From the NCBI GenBank assembly GCA_964580755.1, contig CAZOMO010000008.1:16875-80874 (forward strand): a stretch of 64,000 nt of DNA. Reading direction: 5' to 3'. The translations under genes and the position numbers were made by a program. The DNA comes from an uncultured Ignavibacterium sp. GTDB taxonomy: Bacteria; Bacteroidota; Ignavibacteria; Ignavibacteriales; Ignavibacteriaceae. Below the pieces are notes generated by a model. It ran no database searches. It was given only the letters and a program-made list of their open reading frames with translations, and had not been told where the DNA came from. Within the stretch, counting starts at the first letter, position 1; the number at the start of each line of letters is the position of its first letter. Of the stretch, positions 8,480-18,643 are shown one piece after another.

Positions 8480-10887
8480 AGCAAACCTCTTTTTTTAGCA
8501 ATTAAATTTGTTGACAGTGTCGCAACCAAAACAACACTTATAGAACTTATCGGCATAAGCACCGCTGCAATCAGAGGGGATAGCATTCCATTAATTGCAA
8601 AACTTAATCCGACTAAATTATAAAAAAATGAAATTAAAAAGTTTAGATGAATAATTTTTAAACTCGATTTAGAAAATTTTAGAAATTCTGCGATATTTTT
8701 TAGCTGTTCCGAATCCAATATTGCATCGCAGGCAGGTGTAAAACTGCTAATATCATCTGTAACTGAAATTCCCACATCACTTTTACTTAATGCTCCGGCA
8801 TCATTTAAACCATCACCAATCATTAAAACTTTACTATGATCTAACTGTAATGATTTTATAAAATTTAATTTGTCTTCTGGTGACTGATTAAAATGAAGCT
8901 GTGAATCTGAATTAAAAATTTTTAACAGATTTCCTCTTTCACCGCTGTTATCACCTGATAATAATGCCAACTGGTATTCATCAGATAATTGTTTTATTAC
9001 CTTATCAATTCCTTCTCTATAAGAGTTTGAAACGATGAAGTAACCAACAACTTCAGAATTAATAGTAATATATACTTTTGTTTTTACAACGTCTTTTTCA
9101 ATTTCATACTTTTTCAGATTAACAAACTCTGCAGAACCAATTTTGATAATATTACCATACACAACTCCTTCAATACCTTTTCCGATTGGCTCATTAAATT
9201 TTGTAACCGGAAAGAATTCATCACCAGCTATTGTATCAAAAATCTTTTTGCTTAATGGATGAGTTGAGTTTCGAACCAATGATTTAATACATTTAAGTTC
9301 AGTTGGATTTAATATTCTGCCGTTATAAATAATATCAGATTTACCGGATTCAGTAATTGTTCCTGTTTTATCAAATACAATTGATTTTATTTTTGCCATA
9401 ACTTCAACAACAGCAGCATTTTTAAGATAGAATTTATTTCTTCCAAAAATCCTCATTGTGTTGCCTAGCGTAAATGGTGTTGATAATGCCAAAGCACACG
9501 GACAAGCAACTATTAATACTGATGTAAAAACATTTATTGCAACAGAAGAACTTACCGGAAACCAGAACGCAGCAGCAATAAATGCGATTAATAAAATAAC
9601 AATTGTAAAATATTTACTAATCGTATTTGAAAAATTTGTAAACTCACTTTCGGTCTTCTTATTAAACGTATCGTTATTCCAAAGCTGAGTTAAATAACTT
9701 TGTGATACTTCTTTTATTATTTCAAGTTCAATCAAACCGGATTTTTGCCTGCCACCGGCATAAATCATTTCACCGCTTACTTTATGAATCGGGTGCGATT
9801 CTCCCGAAACAAAACTGTAATCAATCAACCCATCACCATTAATTAATATTGCATCAGCGGGAATAATTTCATTTTGTCTGATGATAATTCTATTCCCTGT
9901 CATCAGGTTTGCAACCGGAATCGATTTTTCAATTTCGTTTTGTTTTATTGTAACCGAGAGTGGAAAATAAGATTTATAATCACGCTCAAAGTTCATTGCA
10001 TCATAGGTTTTTTCTTGCAATATCTTTCCTATCAAAAGGAAAAAAACCAATCCCGCCAATGAATCAAAGTAACCTGACTGATTTAAAATCAGCAATTCAT
10101 AAATACTGCGAAGGAAAAGGACCAAAATGCCTAAAGATAACGGAAGATCAATATTGATAATTTTTTTTCGCAAACCTTTATAGGCTGAAACAAAATAATC
10201 TGATGCAGAATAGAAAAATACAGGCAGTGAAAGAACGAGATTTAAATAATTAAAAAATGATTTTAATAAACTATCAGCAGTTGTAATTGAAAAATATTCG
10301 GGAAAACTGAACATCATTATATTACCGAAACAAAATCCTGCAACACCAACTTTATAGTACAATGTTTTATTGGATTTGCTTTTAATTTTCTTTTCAACAG
10401 AATCAAGATTTATCTGAGGTTCATATCCGATTGATGAAATTAAAACAACAACTGCTTTTAAAGATATTTGCTGATGCAGAAATTTTACCGTTAATTCTTT
10501 ACGTACAAAATTGACAGTTGATGAAAGAATTGCCGGGTTTAGTTTGAATAAATTTTCAAGCAGCCAAATACACGAACTGCAGTGCATCTGAGGAATGTAA
10601 AAAGTTATTTTTGAAATTTTTTCGTCAGCAAAATCTAAAAGTTTACTGATTGTTGCCCGATCATCTAAATAATCAAACTTGCTGGTTTCAAAAGCCTTCG
10701 GAGAAATTCCCGGGTTCTCTTGAAAATTATAATAAGTACAAAGTTCGCCCTTATTTAAAATTTCATATACCGTTTTGCAGCCGGCACAACAAAAATATTT
10801 ATCGTCAATTGCAATAGATTCATCTTTACAAAAATCACCGCAATGATAACAGATAATTTTATCTTTTGTATTCGTTTTGACTGACAT
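8470..10887 (-). CDS. ccoI: Copper-translocating P1B-type ATPase CcoI/FixI
   Basis: N-terminal Cys-rich CYHCGDFC...CCAGCKTVYE, a TM CPC motif (ACPCALAL), DKTGTIT phosphorylation site and GDGLNDA hinge. Confidence 0.9.
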   Translation of the reverse strand: MSVKTNTKDKIICYHCGDFCKDESIAIDDKYFCCAGCKTVYEILNKGELCTYYNFQENPGISPKAFETSKFDYLDDRATISKLLDFADEKISKITFYIPQMHCSSCIWLLENLFKLNPAILSSTVNFVRKELTVKFLHQQISLKAVVVLISSIGYEPQINLDSVEKKIKSKSNKTLYYKVGVAGFCFGNIMMFSFPEYFSITTADSLLKSFFNYLNLVLSLPVFFYSASDYFVSAYKGLRKKIINIDLPLSLGILVLFLRSIYELLILNQSGYFDSLAGLVFFLLIGKILQEKTYDAMNFERDYKSYFPLSVTIKQNEIEKSIPVANLMTGNRIIIRQNEIIPADAILINGDGLIDYSFVSGESHPIHKVSGEMIYAGGRQKSGLIELEIIKEVSQSYLTQLWNNDTFNKKTESEFTNFSNTISKYFTIVILLIAFIAAAFWFPVSSSVAINVFTSVLIVACPCALALSTPFTLGNTMRIFGRNKFYLKNAAVVEVMAKIKSIVFDKTGTITESGKSDIIYNGRILNPTELKCIKSLVRNSTHPLSKKIFDTIAGDEFFPVTKFNEPIGKGIEGVVYGNIIKIGSAEFVNLKKYEIEKDVVKTKVYITINSEVVGYFIVSNSYREGIDKVIKQLSDEYQLALLSGDNSGERGNLLKIFNSDSQLHFNQSPEDKLNFIKSLQLDHSKVLMIGDGLNDAGALSKSDVGISVTDDISSFTPACDAILDSEQLKNIAEFLKFSKSSLKIIHLNFLISFFYNLVGLSFAINGMLSPLIAAVLMPISSISVVLVATLSTNLIAKKRGLLSP

Positions 10888-11091
10888 TAATAAATGCTGA
10901 TAGTTTATAGTTTTAATCGGGAAAATAGTTTAAAATTTTGTGCTGTAATATAGGTTATTCAGAAGGATTATTTATCATCAAAAAAACTATATGAACCAAA
11001 AGCGGTAATGTTTTTCGAGACTTATCTAAGTTCAGTAAACGATAAATACAATAACGATTTTGATTAAAAATTCAACAGAAGATATTCAGGA

Positions 11092-11775
11092 TTATTTTAA
11101 ATAGTTCTCCCAGATTTTAAACAACTGATAAGTTGCATAAACATCTTTAGAGCAATACACTGCAATATCTTTTATTCTGCCGGCTTCATAAAGAGTTTTT
11201 ACTTCCATTCCTGAAATATCTTTTGCCTTTGGTGATTCAATTCCGAATGCAAGACAGTAAAAATCTAAATTAAATTTTCTGGTAGTATTATAAAAAGTAA
11301 ACTGTTCAAGTAAATCAATATGAATATCACCGTAACGATATCCCATTAAATTTTTTGTTACTTTAACACCAAGCAAAGCAGACCGCATCATCAAGAATGG
11401 AATATCAAAATTTCTTCCGTTAAATGTTACAAACTGATCAATAAAATTTGCAATACGCCAGAAAGATTCGAGCATTTCTTTTTCTGATAATCCCTTATAA
11501 CGTACATTTGTATTTTCAGCATTCCATTCTTCAGGTTTATTTGATTCATAATAAACATAGGATTCTTCTTTTTGAACATCATACATTCCAATTGCAATGC
11601 AGTGGGCAGTAAAAGGATAAAGAGAGGTATAACGAATTACTTCGTCTTTCATTGCGTCTTTTTTATTGGGGTCGATTTCTTTTTCAGCATATTTTAATAA
11701 GTATTCGCGCTGACTTTCAGCTAAAGACTCAAATGGATAAGAACAAGTTTCAATATCAAAGATCAGTTTACGCAT
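11092..11775 (-). CDS. Stand-alone RNase H-fold 3'-5' exonuclease (PolB-exonuclease-like)
   Basis: DEDDy-type motifs FDIET, FNGRNFD and YCSKDVYATYQLF. Confidence 0.7.
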   Translation of the reverse strand: MRKLIFDIETCSYPFESLAESQREYLLKYAEKEIDPNKKDAMKDEVIRYTSLYPFTAHCIAIGMYDVQKEESYVYYESNKPEEWNAENTNVRYKGLSEKEMLESFWRIANFIDQFVTFNGRNFDIPFLMMRSALLGVKVTKNLMGYRYGDIHIDLLEQFTFYNTTRKFNLDFYCLAFGIESPKAKDISGMEVKTLYEAGRIKDIAVYCSKDVYATYQLFKIWENYLK

Positions 11776-11810
11776 TTTAGTACCTCCGTTAAAATGTTAT
11801 TGAAAATATT

Positions 11811-12266
11811 TTAACTTAGAATTTGAACACGTGGTTCAAAATTTTTTATCTTCTTAATAAAATCTTCTGTTAATAAAGTTGATTTTCGTGTTTTTGGGTC
11901 AACAGAAACTACAACTCCTTTTCCATCAACAATTACTTCATCTGTTTTCTTCCTTACAATCAGATGATCATAGCCGAAAGAAGAATTTTTTATATAACTT
12001 ATTTTTGAATATACATCAAGTTCATCATCATAGTAAGAATGTCCGCGATAATTAATTTCATTCCTAACCATAAAGAATAGTCTTCCGTCAGAAAACAACC
12101 CGCCTTCGGGAATCAATCCAGCTTCTTTAATATACTCCAGTCTCGCTTGCTCAAAATAGTTAATATAAACTGCATTGTTACAAACACCCAGCATATCTAC
12201 TTCATGAAAACGAACCTTAATTGTTATTTTGTGTTCAAATTCTTCTATATTCATTTGCCTGTCCAT
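11811..12266 (-). CDS. Acyl-CoA thioesterase, hotdog fold (4HBT/YbgC-like)
   Basis: VRFHEVDMLGVCNNAVYINYFEQAR pattern; about 150 aa. Confidence 0.75.
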   Translation of the reverse strand: MDRQMNIEEFEHKITIKVRFHEVDMLGVCNNAVYINYFEQARLEYIKEAGLIPEGGLFSDGRLFFMVRNEINYRGHSYYDDELDVYSKISYIKNSSFGYDHLIVRKKTDEVIVDGKGVVVSVDPKTRKSTLLTEDFIKKIKNFEPRVQILS

Positions 12267-12358
12267 TACTTAATTACTTGATTATTCTTCATCATGCTTT
12301 CTCTTTAATCCAGAGTATATCGTAGGCTGATAATTTATTTAATTATTTCACTTATAAA

Positions 12359-13381
12359 TTAACCAAATACATTATCTATTATATCAGCAGCCATTTTAAC
12401 CTCTTCAAACGAAACATCAAGATGCATTATCGCACGAATCAAATTAATCTTACCAACCGATAACAGTAATCCTTTTTCCTTGCAGAGCTTTAATCCTTCT
12501 TCAACAGAAATATTTTTAGGATGGAAGAGTAAAATGTTTGTTTGAACCGCCTCCATATTAATTATAAGATTTGGATTCCCGTTAATTCTTTCCGCAAGAT
12601 ATTTAGCTTTTTCGTGATCTTCTTTTAATCGTGAAATATTATTTTGAAGCGCATATAAACCTGCCGCAGCAAGAATCCCTGCCTGCCGCATTCCACCTCC
12701 CCAGGCTTTACGCACACGAAAAGCTTTTTCAATAAAATCTTTTGAACCTGCAATGATAGAACCAACCGGCGCTCCAAGTGCTTTTGAAAGACAACAGGAA
12801 ATTGAATTAAAATGTGATGCATATTCACTTACCGTTATTCCCGTCGCAACAGATGCATTCCAGATTCTTGCACCATCAAGATGATAAAACAAATTGTATT
12901 TTTTTGCCAGATTTTTTATTGAGATGATCTCTTCAATTTGCCATATTGTTCCGCCCGCACGGTTATGAGTATTTTCAACTTCAATAACTTTTGTACGAGG
13001 CATATAGTATGCTGATGCAGGACGAATTATCGGTTCAACTTGTTCAGGAGTAATTACACCGTGTTTGCCTTCAACCGGAAATAATTGAATCCCGCTAAGT
13101 GCAGCAGGTGAGCCTGATTCATAATTAAAAATATGAGCATCTTTTTCACAGATTACTTCATCACCGGGATTGGTTAAAACATTTAAACATATCTGATTAC
13201 CCATTACTCCGCTTGGAACGTATAATGCAGCTTCTTTTCCTAAAAGTTCAGCGGCATATTTTTCAAGTTTATTTACAGATGGGTCTTCTTTAAAAACATC
13301 ATCACCAACTTCAGCATTGAACATTGCTTTGCGCATTGCTTCAGATGGTTTTGTAACAGTATCACTTCTTAAATCTATCAT
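12359..13381 (-). CDS. ltaE: Low-specificity L-threonine aldolase
   Basis: N-terminal IDLRSDTVTKPS and a PLP-lysine context (CLSKALGAPVGS); length typical of the family. Confidence 0.88.
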   Translation of the reverse strand: MIDLRSDTVTKPSEAMRKAMFNAEVGDDVFKEDPSVNKLEKYAAELLGKEAALYVPSGVMGNQICLNVLTNPGDEVICEKDAHIFNYESGSPAALSGIQLFPVEGKHGVITPEQVEPIIRPASAYYMPRTKVIEVENTHNRAGGTIWQIEEIISIKNLAKKYNLFYHLDGARIWNASVATGITVSEYASHFNSISCCLSKALGAPVGSIIAGSKDFIEKAFRVRKAWGGGMRQAGILAAAGLYALQNNISRLKEDHEKAKYLAERINGNPNLIINMEAVQTNILLFHPKNISVEEGLKLCKEKGLLLSVGKINLIRAIMHLDVSFEEVKMAADIIDNVFG

Positions 13382-13456
13382 TATATTTTTCTGTTAGTTT
13401 TGGAAAAAATATTATTTTTATCTATTCAATTGCTTTGGAATCAATAAATTAAAAAG

Positions 13457-15103
13457 CTATAAATTGAATTTCCTTTTCATCCAAATTAAGATGTTAATTC
13501 CAAAAATCCATAAACTAAACGCTGATGAAAGAAAAGGAATGATTAATGGATTTTTTGTATAAAAAGTTTTTTCATCATTCAATGGAACATCAACAACTAA
13601 GTGAGTTCGTACAAACATTTCTGTTTCAACTTCTGTAATACCAAACTTATTTATTAAACAACTCACACCTCCGTTAGCACAACGAACAACGGCTCTTCTA
13701 TTTTCAACAGCGCGCAAGTTTGCAAATTCCTTATGCTGATAAGGACCACTGAGTTTTCCGTACCAGCTATCGTTTGTCAGAACTGCTAAAAACTGTGCAC
13801 CGCGATCAACAAAATAATTTGGAAAAGTGGGAAACACAGACTCATAACAAACTAATCCGCCAATTTTTGTTGTGTCATTACTGTCAGCAAATTTAAAGAC
13901 TGTTGTGTCCTGCCCGATATTCCAGCCGCTGATACCAACTCCCCATTTTAATAATTCACCAAGAAAAGGGATTTGATCAACGAATGGAGTGTGTTCACCA
14001 AGCGGAACTAATTGCATCTTTCCATATCGCTGAATATCATACGTGTTCGGTTGAAACAGCAAAATGGAATTGTAAGTTGTATAATAAAATTTACCTGATT
14101 TATTATACTTTGCATTTTCAGGCGCATCTTTATCATATATTCTGTAATCGGGCATACCTGTTAAAAGTGAAACATTATTTCTATTCAAGAAAGAGTATAT
14201 TGTATCAAGTTCATTTTGATAAGAACCATCTAAAAGATAAACCGGTAAAGCTGTCTCAGGCCAAAAAATAATCTTTGCACCTTCATCAACACATTTTTGA
14301 GAAAGCTCCAAATTTATATTTAGTATTTCATCTAAACCGCCCAGTTCCCATTTGTTCCATGGATCAAGATTCGGCTGAATGATTCCAGCTTTAATTTTTT
14401 TCTCATCATTCTTTATTGTTGATATTCTGATAAATCCATAAACAACAATTAAAATAAAAATCAAACCCGCGGCAGAAAGATTTATTAAACCTGTTTTAGT
14501 AGATTCTTTAAATAACTTCAATCCTTTATATATAAAAATGTTTATCCATAAAACAACAAACGATAAACCAAATGCACCTGTAATATCAGCTATCTGAATG
14601 AACGAAGTAAACTTTGCAAGACCGTGTCCAATCGTTAACCAGGGAAATTTTAAATCTGTAAGTGTAAGTAAATATTCGCCTGTTACCCAAAAGAAAGGGA
14701 AGAAATAAAGTGAAAGATCTTTTTTAAATACTTTTCTGGAGATAAAATATAAAGTGGAATTAATGAGCATTACACAGGGCAGAAAGAAAACCAGCACAAC
14801 GCCGCTTAACATTAAAAACGGATCAGCTTTGCTCTGCCAGCTGCCAACCCAATATACTGTTAACAAACTCATTACAAAAAAAGCAAGATACGATGCTGAG
14901 TTAACTTTCAACAAGGTTTGTCTTTTAGTTATTACATAGAAGTAAGGAACAAATACAATAAAAAGAAAAAGCGGAAACGGAAATGGGAATGGAGTAAATG
15001 AAATTCCAAATAATATTCCTGAAAGAATTAATAAGAGCCGATCTTTTTTTCTCTCTTTTTTTTCCTTCTCTGATAATACTTTTTTCTTGAATAAGAATTT
15101 CAA
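13457..15103 (-). CDS. lnt: Apolipoprotein N-acyltransferase
   Basis: N-terminal polytopic region plus a C-terminal CN-hydrolase domain (IIFWPETA, GGLVCYES). The only canonical start is the TTG at 15101-15103, 2 nt after the dedA stop. Confidence 0.88.
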   Translation of the reverse strand: MKFLFKKKVLSEKEKKERKKDRLLLILSGILFGISFTPFPFPFPLFLFIVFVPYFYVITKRQTLLKVNSASYLAFFVMSLLTVYWVGSWQSKADPFLMLSGVVLVFFLPCVMLINSTLYFISRKVFKKDLSLYFFPFFWVTGEYLLTLTDLKFPWLTIGHGLAKFTSFIQIADITGAFGLSFVVLWINIFIYKGLKLFKESTKTGLINLSAAGLIFILIVVYGFIRISTIKNDEKKIKAGIIQPNLDPWNKWELGGLDEILNINLELSQKCVDEGAKIIFWPETALPVYLLDGSYQNELDTIYSFLNRNNVSLLTGMPDYRIYDKDAPENAKYNKSGKFYYTTYNSILLFQPNTYDIQRYGKMQLVPLGEHTPFVDQIPFLGELLKWGVGISGWNIGQDTTVFKFADSNDTTKIGGLVCYESVFPTFPNYFVDRGAQFLAVLTNDSWYGKLSGPYQHKEFANLRAVENRRAVVRCANGGVSCLINKFGITEVETEMFVRTHLVVDVPLNDEKTFYTKNPLIIPFLSSAFSLWIFGINILIWMKRKFNL

Positions 15104-15105
15104 AT

Positions 15106-15711
15106 TTATTTTGTTCTTTTGATAATGAAATAACGAATAATAAAAAATAAAATAACAATACCGGTAATTATTAAAATTAAATTACTGTATGTTTTAAGAT
15201 AAACGTCAATTAATTCAAGATTCTCTCCAAACGCTACACCAAGCGAAATTAAAACCGCATTCCACGCAGCAGAACTAATTAAACTAAGCGAGGTGGTTTT
15301 GTTTACATTCAATCTGCTCATACCCCCAAAAAAAGAAATTACAGCACGCGTGCCGGGTAAAAATCTGTTGGCAACAATTAAGTAGTATCCATATTTACGA
15401 AAAGAATTTTCAACCTTCTCAAACGACTGAACATTTATAAATTTTAGTTTACCGGAATGAATTAATCTTTTGTCAAATTGCCATCCAATAACAAAAGCAG
15501 TTAAAAACCCGAGTAAACTTCCGGCAGTTGCAAAAAGATAGGCAGGTAATAAATGTAAAGTACCTGTTGCAACAAGTGAACCGCCCATAACTACTATCAT
15601 ATCACTTGGTGAAGGCGGAAATAAATTTTCTAAATAAGCAAAGAAAAATATCGTAAAGTAAATCCAGATTGGAGAGAAATTAGAAATCTGTTCAAAAAGT
15701 GTTTCGAGCAT
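15106..15711 (-). CDS. DedA/SNARE-associated family membrane protein
   Basis: FFAYLENLFPPSPSD and RFLPGTRAVISFFGG motifs. Confidence 0.8.
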   Translation of the reverse strand: MLETLFEQISNFSPIWIYFTIFFFAYLENLFPPSPSDMIVVMGGSLVATGTLHLLPAYLFATAGSLLGFLTAFVIGWQFDKRLIHSGKLKFINVQSFEKVENSFRKYGYYLIVANRFLPGTRAVISFFGGMSRLNVNKTTSLSLISSAAWNAVLISLGVAFGENLELIDVYLKTYSNLILIITGIVILFFIIRYFIIKRTK

Positions 15712-15712
15712 T

Positions 15713-16201
15713 CTAATCTTTCTTTACAAGCAAAACAGTTGCAAATGAAACTATACCTTCTGCTCTGCCAACAAATCCCATTCGTTCTGTTGTGGTTGCC
15801 TTAACTGATATTTGATCAACATCTGCGTTTAATATTTCTGCAATACGGTTTCTGATTTGTTCAACATAAGGTGATATCTTTGGTTTTTCTATTGCAAGAA
15901 CGCAATCAAGATTACCTAGTTCAAATCCTTTTTCATTAATCAGATTATTGCAAAACTTTAACAATTTTGCGCTATCGGAATCTTTCCATTTTTCATCATC
16001 ATTCGGAAAGTGTTTTCCGATATCACCGAGTGCAAGTGCGCCAAGCATTGCGTCACAAATTGCGTGAAGCAAAACATCAGCATCGGAATGACCTTCTAAT
16101 CCTTTTTCATACGGAATCTCTACTCCGCCGATAATTAATTTCCTTCCTTCCGTAAAAGCATGAACGTCAAATCCAAAACCAGTTCTAATATTTAATTTCA
16201 T
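15713..16201 (-). CDS. ispF: 2-C-methyl-D-erythritol 2,4-cyclodiphosphate synthase
   Basis: GFGFDVHAF and [14 protein letters not shown] motifs; about 160 aa. Confidence 0.95.
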   Translation of the reverse strand: MKLNIRTGFGFDVHAFTEGRKLIIGGVEIPYEKGLEGHSDADVLLHAICDAMLGALALGDIGKHFPNDDEKWKDSDSAKLLKFCNNLINEKGFELGNLDCVLAIEKPKISPYVEQIRNRIAEILNADVDQISVKATTTERMGFVGRAEGIVSFATVLLVKKD

Positions 16202-16275
16202 TTAACTTCTTCTGCATCCTCTTAATAATATTTGGTGAATTTAAACCAAGGCTAAAGAACTTATAAAAAATAAGT

Positions 16276-16551
16276 CTAGTATCTTACCTCAAATCTTAAA
16301 AATTCATTTTTTGATTCAGACCATTCAGTAAAGCAATTTACAACGTGTGATTTCATTGGACCGATTTTTAATTTCTCAATCAGTGCTAAAATCATTGCTT
16401 CCTCTCCCTCTGTTAACACCTCTCCGGAAAACAAATTTTGTGTGTATCCCTTTAAATTAAAACTTTCGGCTTGCCTCATAACAAAATATCTAAATCCCAC
16501 ACCCTGAACCAAACCGTTAACAATTATTTTTGCTCTTTTAGTATTACACAT
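16276..16551 (-). CDS. acyP: Acylphosphatase
   Basis: VNGLVQGVGFRYF signature; 91 aa. Confidence 0.85.
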   Translation of the reverse strand: MCNTKRAKIIVNGLVQGVGFRYFVMRQAESFNLKGYTQNLFSGEVLTEGEEAMILALIEKLKIGPMKSHVVNCFTEWSESKNEFLRFEVRY

Positions 16552-17446
16552 CTTTACTTGTAAATACTTCTGATAAAATCAAACCGCTGAAAATAAGTAC
16601 GCAACCAACCAAGCCAAAATTAGAAATATTTTCACTTAGTAAAAAGTAAGCAAATGTTGCTGCAAATATTGGCTCGATTGAAAATATAATTCCTGCTTTT
16701 GTAGGAGAAACTGTTTTTTGATATTTCAACTGAATAATTGTTGCAATCACAGAAGCAAAAATGGATGTGTAAAGTATTGCACTAATTACATTAGCGGTAA
16801 TTGAAAATCTTATTTCTTCTATTGAAGCAATTGAAAAGAAGAAAGCTAAGACAAATCCGCCTAGACCAGTAATCAGCAACTGAACAAAAACCATCGGCAT
16901 GTACTCAAATTTTTTAGTGAATACATCAACATAAACAACTTGAAATGCAAACAACATTGCACAGATCAGCGTTAATAAATCACCAACGTTAAAATCACCC
17001 CCGAGCTGAGCAATAAACTCAACTAAATTTTCGCCCTTGCTGGATAACATTATTAAACCAATTAAAACCAAAACCACGCTTATCAGATTGTACCATTTAG
17101 GTTTTCGTTTTTCGATTAAGAATTGTAAAATTGGAATGAAGATAACAAACGTGCCTGTTATAAATCCTGATTTAGTAGCGGTAGTTATTGTTAACCCGAA
17201 TGTTTGTGCTGCAAAACCTGAAAAATAAAAAATACCAAGTATCGCTCCGGCAAAAAGTGTTTTTTTGTTCGTAACTTTTAATTTTGTATAAACGAATGGA
17301 AGTAAAATAAGGGTTGCTATACTAAATCTCAGTCCTAAAAACATAAGAGAAGAAATATCATCAAAAGCATTTTTTATCAGTGCGAAAGTTCCACCCCAGA
17401 TCAGCGTATTAAACAGAAGCGCGCCTTCGCCAATATACTTTTTCAT
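16544..17446 (-). CDS. EamA/DMT family transporter
   Basis: About 10 TM helices in the duplicated EamA arrangement. 8-nt overlap with acyP. Confidence 0.8.
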   Translation of the reverse strand: MKKYIGEGALLFNTLIWGGTFALIKNAFDDISSLMFLGLRFSIATLILLPFVYTKLKVTNKKTLFAGAILGIFYFSGFAAQTFGLTITTATKSGFITGTFVIFIPILQFLIEKRKPKWYNLISVVLVLIGLIMLSSKGENLVEFIAQLGGDFNVGDLLTLICAMLFAFQVVYVDVFTKKFEYMPMVFVQLLITGLGGFVLAFFFSIASIEEIRFSITANVISAILYTSIFASVIATIIQLKYQKTVSPTKAGIIFSIEPIFAATFAYFLLSENISNFGLVGCVLIFSGLILSEVFTSKDV

Positions 17447-17516
17447 AAAATAGAAACTAAATACACAAACTTATTTTTAAACTGAACATTAAGCAGAATC
17501 CTGGTTTGAATTTACT

Positions 17517-18431
17517 TTATTCTTTTTCTTTCACCCGAACATATCCAAAGGATTTTAGCATATTAAGATTTGAGCGCCATTTTTCTCTAACCTTTACATG
17601 CAGTTCAAGATAAACTTCACGTTCTAAAAATTCTTCAATAGCTGCTCTCGATTTTTCTCCAAGTACTTTTATTGCTCTGCCTGCTTTACCAATTATTATT
17701 GGTTTTTGCGATTCACGCTCAACCACAATTTCGGCACTAATAAAATCTTTGGCGTTTTCTCTCTCTTTAAATTCAGCTATTAACACTTCACAGCTATACG
17801 GAACTTCATCATCATAAAGTTCAAAAAGTTTTTCTCTAATTATTTCTGTAACAAAAAATCTTTCAGACTCTTCAGATACAATATCATCAGGATAAAACTT
17901 GGAACCTTCCGGCAGACAGTCAACAATATCATTAAGTAATCTTTCAAGATTAAATTTTAAATCTGCAGAAACAGGAATAACAGATTTAAAAATATTTAAC
18001 TTTTCAAATCTGTCAACTAAAGAAGAAGCCTGCTCTTGTGAAATTGTATCAATTTTATTCAGTACAAGAATTTTAGAATTTGATTTTTCTTTAATTACTT
18101 TCTGAATGTATTCATTTTCATCTGCACTTTTAAACGTTTTTTCAGAACTTACATCATAAATAATAACAAATGCATCAGCATCTTTTACAGATAAATCAAT
18201 TTCATCCATCATTTTTTCCTGCAAAAGATATGCAGGTTTTAATATTCCAGGAGTATCTAAAAATATTATCTGATATTCTTCTTGGGATAAAATTCCTAAA
18301 ATTCTTTTGCGGGTAGTTTGTGGTTTTGATGTAGTTATAGAAATCTTTTGTCCAAGCAAAGCATTCATTAAAGTTGATTTGCCTGAATTCGGCAAACCGA
18401 TAATAGCAACGTATCCGGCTTTTGTTTTCAT
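17517..18431 (-). CDS. era: GTPase Era
   Basis: G1 GLPNSGKST, G3 DTPG, G4 NKID, and a C-terminal KH domain (IIIGKAGRAIK). Confidence 0.95.
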   Translation of the reverse strand: MKTKAGYVAIIGLPNSGKSTLMNALLGQKISITTSKPQTTRKRILGILSQEEYQIIFLDTPGILKPAYLLQEKMMDEIDLSVKDADAFVIIYDVSSEKTFKSADENEYIQKVIKEKSNSKILVLNKIDTISQEQASSLVDRFEKLNIFKSVIPVSADLKFNLERLLNDIVDCLPEGSKFYPDDIVSEESERFFVTEIIREKLFELYDDEVPYSCEVLIAEFKERENAKDFISAEIVVERESQKPIIIGKAGRAIKVLGEKSRAAIEEFLEREVYLELHVKVREKWRSNLNMLKSFGYVRVKEKE

Positions 18432-18643
18432 TTTTATCTTTTAATTTCTGATGAGCAAATATACGAAATGAGCGAGGAAATCTTATTAGTATTTTAAGTA
18501 AGGATTGTTTTGTATGTCTGTAACCGCCGCTGATCATTTCAATGACCTGCTTTTAAATTAAACAAGTGACTGAAATAACCAGCAGCGGCAGATGTTGAAA
18601 ATATTTTTATAAAAATAATCTAAAAAAGGATAACTTATTTTTA

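Noticed and set aside
9270-9290. A TCGAACC string reminiscent of a tRNA T-arm
   Set aside because: It lies inside the ccoI coding frame, and there is no acceptor-stem or anticodon-arm complementarity around it.
10888-11091. An FNR/CRP-type box (TTGAT-N4-ATCAA) upstream of the cco locus
   Set aside because: The best candidate (TTATT-TATC-ATCAA, near 10968-10981) matches only 3 of 5 positions in the left half-site, which is not convincing.
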